Made by a program: the position numbers and the translations under genes
Shown here: positions 55,588-64,000 of the stretch, in pieces
Layout of the letters: each line of letters opens with the position of its first letter
How positions within the stretch are numbered: position 1 is the stretch's first letter
Notes under the pieces: model-generated
Seen by the model: only the letters and a program-made list of their open reading frames with translations
What the model was told of the DNA's origin: nothing
Database searches by the model: none
From: Eledone cirrhosa
Lineage: Eukaryota
Length of the DNA stretch: 64,000 nucleotides
Direction: 5' to 3'
NCBI GenBank assembly: GCA_964016885.1
Contig: OZ024740.1
Coordinates: 31,372,001-31,436,000 of the forward strand

Positions 55588-55789
55588 CAGGTGAATCCAA
55601 CAAAAGAAATGTTCAAAAAGGTTTTCATCATCATCATCCTTTTATGTCTTGCATGGGTTGGACAGAGACTTTGACAATCTGTTCCTTTTAGATCCGTATG
55701 TTGGGACACTGCTCAGAGTGATGTTATTTTACAAAAATTTATAAAAATATAATAGCAACATAACCCCTGCAAATGGTGGGCAATAACTA

Positions 55790-56047
55790 TCATCATCATC
55801 ATCATCATCATTTTATGTCCGCTTTTCCCTGCTTGCAAGGGTGGGATGGGTCCTATTCAGCACAGGATCTCTCCACTTGTCATGGTCCTTCGTCATCTCC
55901 ACCGTGAGCTTCAGCGATCTGGGGTCTGCTCTCACCACCTCCGCCCATGTTTTTTGTGGTTTTCTTCTACTGCATCTTCCTTCTACTGGCATTTCTTGGC
56001 ACTTCTTTACCCAGCAGTCATCCTCCATGCGCATCACATGTCCATAC
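55790..56047 (-). mobile_element. RTE-clade LINE 3' end with (GAT)n tail (left half, split by the LTR element)
   Basis: The minus strand reads GHVMRMEDDCWVKKCQEMPVEGRCSRRKPQKTWAEVVRAD...DKWR, a typical RTE C-terminus, followed by a (GAT)n tail. Confidence 0.85.
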
Positions 56048-56265
56048 TGTGGGGATGGTTTGGTGGTGTGGAGGAGGTGACTGGAAGCTGGGGATGATCA
56101 ACCAGAGGCAGAAGAGGAAGTGACGTGAGATGCGTACCCAGGAGCATCCGGGGGGCTCTTTTTTCGGCTGTGACCCGCGACGAATGGATGATACCCATGT
56201 GGATGAGCCTAGCTCACTGTGTGAGCTAGCAGAATTGCGGCAAGTGCAGTAGCTTTCTCATTACA
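56048..56265 (+). repeat. 5' LTR (218 bp)
   Basis: Starts TGTGGGG right after the TSD and ends TTCTCATTACA. Its last 115 bp recur at 58615-58735. Confidence 0.85.
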
Positions 56266-56310
56266 AGCTATTTCGGCATCTGAAGACTTACAATTGAAAA
56301 AAAAAAAGAA

Positions 56311-58614
56311 GAAATAAGGCTTTCGGCCATTGTGGTCGACTGCATGGTGGAAGGAATCGGCGTAGTTATGGGCATGGACGCGATTGGCCATTTAGGAGGT
56401 GTCACAGTGAATGATGGTGGTGTGACATTTGGCGACGCCGCACTGGTATGTGTTGTGAGTACGCGACAGGAGAACGAGAAGGCCCACGAGGAAAAATATG
56501 CCGCTTCCACTGTACAGGATAAGGACTTCAAGGCCGTGTTCGACGGGCAATGATGGGTTGTTGAGTGGTACTGGAAGGGAGAACCACCAACACTGAAGAA
56601 CAAAGTGGGTTGCTATCAGCACACATTGAAAGGAGACACTAGGAGCGAGTTTGAGCGAGAAGTAGAGAGATGGATCCAGGAGGGCACACTGCTTCCTTGG
56701 AAGGAGGAGGTGAAGTGTGGGGCGCTGCCATTAATGGCTGTGGTACAACCCACGAAGAACAAGGTGAGACCGGTATTGGATTTTCGGGAGCTGAATGAGC
56801 ACGTGTCGTGCCACACGGGTGGCGAGGTCACGGATGTCTGCGGGGAAACCCTGCGTGAGTGGAGACGTATGACGGTGGCTTCCACAATCGTCAATTTAAA
56901 GTTGGCATATCTACAGCTACACGTGGAGGAGAAGCTGTGGCAGTATCAACTGGTCAGGTATAAGGGCCGGACATATTGCCTGACCAGGCTCGACTTCGGG
57001 CTGAACTCTGCACCGAAGATCATGGCGGCGGTCCTCAAGACCATTCTGGGAAAGGCCGACAAGATGAAGAGGGCTACCAATTCCTACATCGACGACATCC
57101 TAGTGGACGAGACTGTAGTGTCGGCGGCGGAGGTCACGAGCCATTTACAGGGATATGGACTGGCTGCAAAGCCGTCGGAGACGTTGGAGGGAGGAGCTGC
57201 AGCGAGATAAGACGGGCACGTTAGTATTTCGGAGGGGAAATGAAGTCCCAGAACTGAGCCCAATTATGAATAGACGGGAACTCTTCTTGGCATGTGGAAA
57301 ATTGGTGGGTCACTACCCAATCGCTGGGTGGCTCCGGATGGCATGCAGCTATGTCAAGAGACAAGCGAGAGGGGTGACTTGGAGTGGGAGAGAGGACGGT
57401 GGCCATGATGCAGGAGCTCGTGGGGAGGGTGAAGGCCGACAACCCGGTGCGAGGATGCTGGTATGTCCTCAAATTGCAGAGCGGGACCGTATGGTGTGAT
57501 GCCAGCAGCATAGCGCTAGGTGTCACACTGGAGATAGGAGGTGTCGAGGTCGAGGATGCAGCTTGGCTCAGGAAGAAGGTTGATTGCAACGACATCAATG
57601 TGGCAGAGCTGGACACGGTGTTGAGAGGGGTGAACCTCGCCTTGAGGTGGGGACTGCGCACCGTTGAGATTCGCACCGACTCAGCCACTGTACTCGGATG
57701 GGTGAGATCAGTACTTACCAATGAGAAGAAAGTGCGAACGAGAGGGGCCGCGGAAATGCTGATAACGCGCTGCCTGGGAACTCTAGGAGAGCTGGCCACC
57801 GAGTTCGACCTGAGGTTGAGTGTGGTCTTCATGCCCTCAGAGAAAAATAGAGCAGATATTCTAACCAGGGTGAAGAAAGCCTGGATGGAAGCGCTGGAGG
57901 ATGTACAAGAGTAGATAGCTGCTGTGTGTCGGCTGAGCGAGTTGGAACTTAAAGGGTTGCACCACATGCGAGTGGACATGCACCACATGGGAGTGGATAG
58001 GACCCTGTTCCTAGCCAGGAGAATCGACTCTGACCTTAGCAAACACAGTGTCCAGAGAGTGGTCAGAGGCTGCGTCTGATGTCAGTCTATCGATCCCACC
58101 CCGGGTGTGCACAAGTCGGGAAGTCCCCCCGGTGGATCGCGACTGGAAGCGATTGGCTGTGGACGTAACACACTACCGACAGGGAACATACCTCTCGATG
58201 GTTGACTGTGGACCGGGACAGATGGCGATATGGAGGGAAATAAAGACGGGAACTGCGGAGGAAATCACACGGACGTTGAGAGAGATATTCTTGGAGCAGG
58301 GCCCTGTGGATGAACTGCTGATGGACAACAGTGCAGCGTTCCGCACGGAGGTGCTGAGGGAGATGCTTGATGGGTGGAAGGTGGACCGCTTCTTCAGAGC
58401 AGCATACAGGCTGAGCGGAAATGGAATCGTAGAGCGACACCACATCATAATCAAAGCAATGGCGGAGCGGGGGCACATCTCACCAATGGAGGCAGTATTT
58501 TGGTACAACATGTCCCCTCGGGTGGGACAGGCTGAGGAATCGGTGCCACACAAAGCAATATACAGATACAAGTGGCGGCACCCGTGCACTGTACCACAAC
58601 GGCCAGTGGAGAGA
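56311..58614 (+). pseudogene. pol: pol pseudogene (protease C-terminus, reverse transcriptase, RNase H, integrase)
   Basis: PR end VVMGMD. RT motifs RPVLDFRELN, FGLNSAP and YIDD (57085-57096). RNase H motifs WCDASS, INVAELD and RTDS. Integrase motifs HHMGVDRT...C..C, LAVDVTH, LLMDNS and GNGIVERHH. In-frame stops at 56551, 57912 and about 58078; frameshifts near 57200, 57383 and 58125. Confidence 0.92.
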
Positions 58615-58735
58615 GGGGGCTCTTTTTTCGGCTGTGATCCGCAACGAATGGATGATACCCACGTCGATGAGCCTAGCTCGTTGAGTGAGCTAGCAGAATT
58701 GCGGTAAGTGCAGTAGCTTTCTCATTCTCATTACA
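58615..58735 (+). repeat. 3' LTR, 5'-truncated
   Basis: Matches 56151-56265 with 8 substitutions and a 6-bp CTCATT duplication. Ends TTACA followed by the TSD. Confidence 0.88.
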
Positions 58736-58880
58736 CATACCATCAAGTCTTCTCTCCCACACACTACAACTTATCCCTCTTAAACATAGTTTCTCTCTCA
58801 ACACATCCATGCTCGGTCGTTCACGTACATTGACATTGCACATCCAACGGAGTATGCTTGCTTCATTTCTCCAGCCGAGA
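58736..58880 (-). mobile_element. RTE-clade LINE, upstream half (5'-truncated)
   Basis: The minus strand reads RNEASILRWMCNVNVRERPSMDVLREKL..ERRL. Joining it to the left half across one CATAC restores WYGHVMRM. Confidence 0.85.
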
Positions 58881-58907
58881 GAACAAATGAGAACTATATA
58901 TATATAT

Positions 58908-59145
58908 ATCATCATTATCTTCATCATCTCAACATCCATTTTCTAGACTTGCATGGGTTAGACAAGTCAGGTCCGGAGACCAGGTCATGCTCATAGGGAT
59001 GTGTATTTTGACTTGGTTGCTTTTTATCGCGGCACCAAAACAATCACCAAACAGGGTGGACTGGGTGCTTTTTGTTGTGTCATCAACACAACCACATTGC
59101 AGAGTGGACTGGGTGCCTTTTCTCCTGTTACCAACACAACCACCT
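58908..59145 (-). mobile_element. SINE-like element: RTE-type tail plus about 3 degenerate 48-bp units
   Basis: (CAT)n...CATCCATTTTCTAGACTTGCATGGGTTAGAC tail, followed by GGACTGGGTGCTTTTT...CACAACCAC repeats. Confidence 0.55.
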
Positions 59146-59207
59146 TAATGCTTCTGTTCATATGTCCTTTGTATTTCAATTATTTTCAAGTACAACTTTG
59201 TTATATA

Positions 59208-59950
59208 TCATCATCATCATCATCATCATTTAACGTCCATTTTCCACGCTAGCATGGGTTAGATAGGTTGTCCCATTAGAGGCAAGATGGGTCAGGTGAC
59301 CGTGTCTTGCTCACATAAAACTGTTTTTGGCTAGGTTTCTACTGCTGGATGCCTTTCTTAACACCAACCACATTTATAGTGAGTGCTGGGTGCTTTTTAT
59401 CATGACTCCTACATGACCACTTTACAGTGTGGACTGGCTGCTTTTTATCGTGACACCCACATGACCACTTTACAGTGTGGACTGGCTGCTTTTTATCGTG
59501 ACACCCACATGACCACTTTACAGTGTGGACTGGCTGCTTTTTATCGTGACACCCACATGACCACTTTACAGTGTGGACTGGCTGCTTTTTATCGTGACAC
59601 CCACATGACCACTTTACAGTGTGGGGTGGGTGTTTTTTATCGTGACACCCACATGACTACTTTACAGTGTGGACTGGCTGCTTTTTATCGTGACACCCAC
59701 ATGACCACTTTACAGTGTGGGGTGGGTGTTTTTTATCGTGACACCCACATGACCACTTTACCATGTGGGGTGGGTGTTTTTTATTGTGACACCCACATGA
59801 CCACTTTACAGTGTGGGCTGGCTGCTTTTTATCGTGACACCCACATGACCACTTTACAGTGTGGGCTGGCTGCTTTTTATCGTGACACCCACATGACCAC
59901 TTTACAGTGTGAGCTAGATGCTTTTTTGTTGTGATACCAACATAACTTTA
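59208..59950 (-). mobile_element. SINE-like element with RTE-type tail and expanded internal VNTR
   Basis: (CAT)7 TTAACGTCCATTTTCCACGCTAGCATGGGTTAGA tail, then a CTGGATGCCTTTCTTAACACCAACCA box, then a 48-bp array. Confidence 0.65.
59365..59950. repeat. 48-bp minisatellite, about 12 copies
   Basis: ATGACCACTTTACAGTGTGGACTGGCTGCTTTTTATCGTGACACCCAC at 59413, 59461 ... 59893. Two interspersed subtypes (GGACTGGCTGCT and GGGGTGGGTGTT). Confidence 0.97.
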
Positions 59951-60102
59951 TTGTGTAAAGGTGGTGTGGACAGAAGTGGATAGGTGTTGGAGCATGAGGT
60001 GTGTATGGGAGGGGGTATAGTGGTTAAGAGGTGCCTACTAGATGTATGTTTGAGTCTATGTGCATGGGAAGGCTTGTCTTCTGTATTACTGCACAACACC
60101 AA

Positions 60103-60104
<2 letters not shown>

Positions 60105-60142
<38 letters not shown>
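60105..60142. repeat. (AT)19 microsatellite
   Basis: Directly visible. Confidence 0.97.
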
Positions 60143-60146
<4 letters not shown>

Positions 60147-60225
60147 AACTTTTTCGTGCTTTTTGTCTACCGAATTCAATTACAAGGCATTGGTTGGCAC
60201 AAGGCTAGTAAAAGCCACTTGCTCA
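60143..60225 (-). mobile_element. SINE fragment adjoining the (AT)n tract
   Basis: GTCTACCGAATTCAATTACAAGGCATTGGTTGGC...CACTTGC resembles a recalled octopus SINE. Not verified. Confidence 0.35.
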
Positions 60226-60637
60226 TTATCATTTTTTAAATTCTTATTTATGTTATAAGATATTGTTGTTCAGCCATTAAAACTATAGTTCAAACATACA
60301 CAGACAATTTTGTTGTTGTTACAAGTTAGGTAAATGTGGAGTAACAATGGCTATATATTTTGCAGACCATACCAGATTAGTGATTTCAACAGAGCTGATG
60401 TTCAGCTTTTAGATTTGCAAAGAGATTGTGGACAGGGAGAGAGGCAACCAAGTGTTTTGTTCAAATTAATGCAACAGAGTGACTAAGGGACCAGGTTTGG
60501 GAGTGAAACTGTGCAGTGTGTCAGGTCTTCCACTCAATCTCTTTGGTTGATATAATTTACCCCACGCCATTACTATATATTTGTACAAACATGTATTAAA
60601 ATGTAGATTTATCTTAAAAGGATGATGGGAAAACATT

Positions 60638-60735
60638 GTATGCACATGCACACGCACCCATACATGCATGCATACACTCATACACACACTCATGCATACA
60701 TCCACATACATGCATGCATACTCATGCATAGACAT
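60638..60735. repeat. Degenerate CA/CATG low-complexity repeat
   Basis: Directly visible. Confidence 0.8.
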
Positions 60736-61320
60736 AAATAAACACCATAGAGTAACATATCGCATATTCTTATTGCACGTTTATCTAATTATAAGAAGTG
60801 ATCTGTGTTTACCCATTTATATTAACAATAATACAAAGCAATTAATTCACTTACAGGGAGTATTATATGGAGGTATATATAAATATAAATTTATACACAT
60901 ATATATATTATTTCACAAAGGAAATGACACAGGATTGAGATCTCTAGCATCATTCTGTAATGCAGAAGACCTGCCTTCTCGTGTGTACAAAACTAAATGA
61001 AACAAACATGTAGAGAACACAATAGTCTGCACCAATCTTCTCTTCACCGCTCCCCATTCACTCTCCCTAGTACTAATACCCTGCCATCACCAGCTAAATA
61101 TCCCATGCACCTTGTTGATATCGAACTTGCTTACTTGTTCCCCTTCCTCAAACTCTCACCTCCGATACCCACACATGTCCCAACCCACATATACAAACAT
61201 GACAGCTGGACACACTCTACTTCTGATCTCCCACTATGCCATTGCCACAACAAAAAGTACTAAGCTCACTCTGTATGCAGATTCAGTGCCACAACAACAA
61301 AAACATTCAGTCTATCTTGT

Positions 61321-61402
61321 AAGGTGGTCATGTTGGTGACATGAGAAAAAGCACCCAGTTCACCCTAAGGTGGTCATACTGGTGACACAACTAAAAGCAT
61401 CT
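61321..61402 (+). repeat. Two inverted copies of the 48-bp unit
   Basis: AAGGTGGTCAT...GTGACA...AAAAGCA occurs twice and is similar to the reverse complement of the 59413 unit. Confidence 0.65.
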
Positions 61403-61689
61403 CGAGACATGTTTGGCCACCAGAATTCAAGAGAATAGCCAAATGTGTATTATGACTGTCAGGAAGCACACTGTTGCATAGTTGGTAAGAAACAAACATT
61501 CTCATTCCCCGATATAGAATTCCATCTTTTATTGTTAGTTGATCACAAACACATTTGAAAGGAAGGTTGCACTTGTTTCATGAAATCCATTTTCTGGTTG
61601 TAACCATTTGTTTTGCTGAATATGTCTGTCACATACTGTAATTCTTTTCACGCGATTGATGTACGTGGCTCTGAACAGATTGTCATTCC

Positions 61690-61890
61690 TTTACTCAACT
61701 GCAAAAACAATTTCCTTGTCTGCCATTGGCAATCTCAACATTGCGTCAACATGAGGAATTTTAGAGCCAGAGATAGGTGATATTTTGAAATCAAACGCTA
61801 TCAATTGAATAGCCCATCACCCAATTCTAGCAGAAGTGTTAGTAGGGATCTAATTTTTTTTATATACATCAAGTCTGTGATCTATGTTGC
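61690..61890 (-). pseudogene. pol: RNase H C-terminal fragment of pol
   Basis: NTSARIG*WAIQLIAFDFKISPISGSKIPHVDAMLRLP matches the Gypsy consensus SARI.RWA..L..YDF.I....G..IPHADALSRLP. Confidence 0.8.
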
Positions 61891-62009
61891 AGGGTGTGTC
61901 CATATCACGCATCATGTCAACAATGTGACCATTGAGTGAGTTATGTTCAAATATGGATTTTTCAGCTGTGTGATCAATAAGATTGATGATTCTGGTGATT
62001 TACCTTGTA

Positions 62010-62766
62010 AAGGTTCTTGGTGTTTTTTCAAAATGGCCTTTCTTGCCACAGTTTTTGCATGTAGCTTGGATGGCAGGACATTTGTGCTGTATGAACCAAG
62101 ATTTCCACAGCAGTAACACAGTTTATCATTTAAATTCTTTCTTTTATCTTTTTTAGTTGTTTTGTAATAAGCAATAACCTCCTCTTTTGAATTGGCATTA
62201 CAAAATTCGGATATTTGCGAAGAACACTGTAGCAATTGTACTTAGCTTCCAAACTGAGTTTGCTAACTTCATTAGCTTGAAGAATTTTTTCTCTTTCCTC
62301 ACTGCTTCTCAGACTGACAACTAACTGAGACAATATGAGATTTTCAGTCACTGTCCTTTTAAACGTTTTCAAGCTCTTAAAATCGCAGTATTCACTGGCG
62401 TGTTGAAGATTCAAAAGAAATTAGCTCATTGAGCTGTTGAATAGTGGAGAAAAATTTTGTTCTTTCAGCCAATATCAGTTTCTTTGAAGGAGCAACCCGA
62501 TTGGGAATTGAATTTTTGAGATCAGCATAAGTCATCTTCATGAAATTCTTTAGAATGTTAATATCTCAGATAATCTCTAATGCTTGTATTCCAACCAAAG
62601 AAATGAATTTCATGGCCATAGGACTTTGGCCACCATCTTGTAGGTTATGCTCCACTTCGTCTACGTAAGCCTTTGCTTCAATGGCTATGAGCCAGGTCAT
62701 GACGTCTTCGACTGACTGTAAGTTTATGTTACCAAGAAATTTTCCTTTCCCTATCGGCGACGCCAT
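62010..62766 (-). pseudogene. gag: gag pseudogene
   Basis: MASPIGKG..., KKLILAERTKFF, LQHASEYCDF, QLVVSLRS..REKILQ, then tandem knuckles CYCCG... and ATCKNCGKKGHF. Multiple stops and frameshifts. Confidence 0.8.
62750..62765 (-). promoter_or_regulatory. Primer-binding site, tRNA-Ser-like
   Basis: TGGCGTCGCCGATAGG matches the Ser-type PBS TGGCGTAGTCGGCAGG at 12/16. It overlaps the gag ATG. Confidence 0.55.
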
Positions 62767-62833
62767 TGTGATGTCTTGTTTATTTCCTTAAATTATATGC
62801 ATAGGTAATTGAACAAGGAACAGTAAATATATT

Positions 62834-62975
62834 CAGAAAATAGATTTCGCGAAACAAGTGTGAACTCCCTTTCAAACATGTTCATGATCAACTAACAATA
62901 GAAGACAGAATTGTTACTTGATCACGAATACGTTTGAAAGGGAGGTTGCACTTGTTTTGCGAAATCCATTTTCTG
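62834..62975. repeat. Long imperfect palindrome (66-bp arms, 10-nt loop)
   Basis: 62834-62899 matches the reverse complement of 62910-62975 at 57/66 with no gaps. Confidence 0.92.
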
Positions 62976-63045
62976 GATATGACCATGCATTTGATTCACT
63001 AAATATGTTAAAAAAAAAGAAAGGATACATTGAATAGGTCAGTCA

Positions 63046-63390
63046 ACACATACTCTCACACACACATACACTCTCACATACACTCACACACACATACCCT
63101 CTCACACACATACACTCACACACACATGCACTCTAACATACATTCACATACTTATGCTAAGGCAGACACATACACATACAAAATGTGATGTCTACACTCT
63201 CACATACACTCACACACATTATGTGTATGTATGTGTAGTGTGTGTGTGTTTAATTCTCTCAGGCCTAACGTACATGACGAACGCACAAACACACACACTC
63301 ACAGACACATACACACACTCACAGACACATACACACACTCACAAACATACACACACTCACAGACACATACACACTCATATACAAAATGTG
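63046..63390. repeat. CA-rich compound microsatellite with about 20-bp sub-repeats and a short TG block
   Basis: Directly visible. ACAGACACATACACACACTC repeats at 63301-63380. Confidence 0.9.
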
Positions 63391-64000
63391 ACGTTGTCAT
63401 TGACTATAAAAATATTATTTTAGATAAAATGTTATATTGTTTAATCCAAATGAGAATAAAAATTACACGTTGACACTCCAGCCGTTAGAGAATGCATAGG
63501 AACAGACAGACAGAATTTTATATATAGAGAGAGATTTTGTTTGATGTTGATACAACAAAGTAAATTTGTGTAGTATACATATATGATATATATATATATG
63601 TATAAAAAAAGAAGTTGAAAATGCAATTGAAGTTTTTAAGATGGTTTATTTACAATAACTTATAACTTCACCAGTTTCACACACTTCAGGATTTTCAAAA
63701 GAGAGACGTGTGGCTCTGCCAACTTGTAACTTGGATTTAATTGATGTTAGGAATATTTCTTTCAGTTTTATGCAAAAAAAAAAAAGTAGCACAGATTGCT
63801 ATATGTTTGAAGTACAATTTAATAGGTTGAGGAAGACCACGTGATTAGACATAAAACTTCATGGTAATTTCACACCAAAAATCATGAGTGTCCTGGTTCT
63901 TTCAGTTTTATGAAAAAAGTGGCTCAAATTGATATCTGTTTAAAGTGTAATTTGTTAGGTTGAGGATGATCACCTGTGTTTCACTACACATACATATGTA

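Larger units (their letters stand above)
56048..58735 (+). mobile_element. Decayed, internally deleted LTR retrotransposon with Ty3/Gypsy domain order (PR-RT-RNaseH-IN)
   Basis: TG...CA termini and a 5-bp TSD CATAC (56043-56047 and 58736-58740). Direct repeats at both ends and pol motifs inside. GC- and CpG-rich relative to the flanks. Confidence 0.93.
61525..63010 (-). mobile_element. Heavily deleted Ty3/Gypsy (Mag-like) LTR retrotransposon
   Basis: LTR remnants at 61525-61633 and 62767-63010, with minus-strand termini TGTGA... and ...TCACA. A PBS-like TGGCGTCGCCGATAGG starts 1 nt after the LTR. gag carries zinc knuckles, and an RNase H C-terminus follows. Confidence 0.8.

Noticed and set aside
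56195-56240. Hammerhead-ribozyme-like GATGAG-stem-GAA in the LTR
   Set aside because: The core lacks CUGANGA (it reads TGGATGA or TCGATGA) and GAAA, and no stems I/III are evident.
56266-56290. PBS for the first LTR element (CGGCATCTGAAG versus Leu-type TGGTGTCAGAAG)
   Set aside because: It lacks the TGG start, is offset from the LTR end and matches weakly.
57221-58589. Minus-strand ORFs of 129-273 aa
   Set aside because: These are antisense shadows of the GC-rich pol pseudogene.
59383-59934. 183-aa ORF with MTTLQCGLAAFYRDTH repeats
   Set aside because: It is a by-product of the 48-bp VNTR inside a SINE-like element. It has a GTG start and no splice or coding context.
61621-61640. ACAGACATA and ACATACTGT matches between the second LTR end and the satellite monomer (also GTCCACA in the 48-mer)
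   Set aside because: Matches are only 7-9 bp and expected by chance. This is too little to derive the satellite from these elements.
60466-63626. Short His/Thr- or Val/Cys-rich ORFs
   Set aside because: These are translations of CA/TG and TA microsatellites.

Overview
Eukaryotic (animal) genomic DNA. Several short interspersed-repeat motifs resemble ones I recall from octopus/cephalopod genomes; this is an inference, not a database result. Positions 1-51596 are one uninterrupted head-to-tail satellite of about 1,780 copies of a 29-bp unit, consensus GTCTCC[TT/TC/AT/TA]CCTCTGGTCCACAGACATACT, and the array runs off the left edge. The monomers form nested higher-order blocks of 203, 319, 347, 868, 1129, 1943, 2987 and 3682 bp inside a ~13.2-16.6 kb super-repeat present about 2.6 times. 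All the long ORFs there are by-products of a stop-free 29-mer (3 units = 29 codons). The remaining 12.4 kb is AT-rich and TE-dense. It holds RTE-type LINE remnants, a TTAA-flanked piggyBac-like MITE, and a probable Glu-rich coding exon (54167-54686). It also holds a decayed Ty3/Gypsy-order LTR element nested in an RTE LINE with a 5-bp TSD, a SINE-like element with an RTE-type tail and an internal 48-bp VNTR, a second deleted Gypsy (Mag-like) element whose LTR carries a 66-bp-arm palindrome, and microsatellites. I see no complete novel protein system. The best leads are the satellite's architecture, its splice-acceptor-like monomer running into a possible terminal exon, and the VNTR-bearing SINE.
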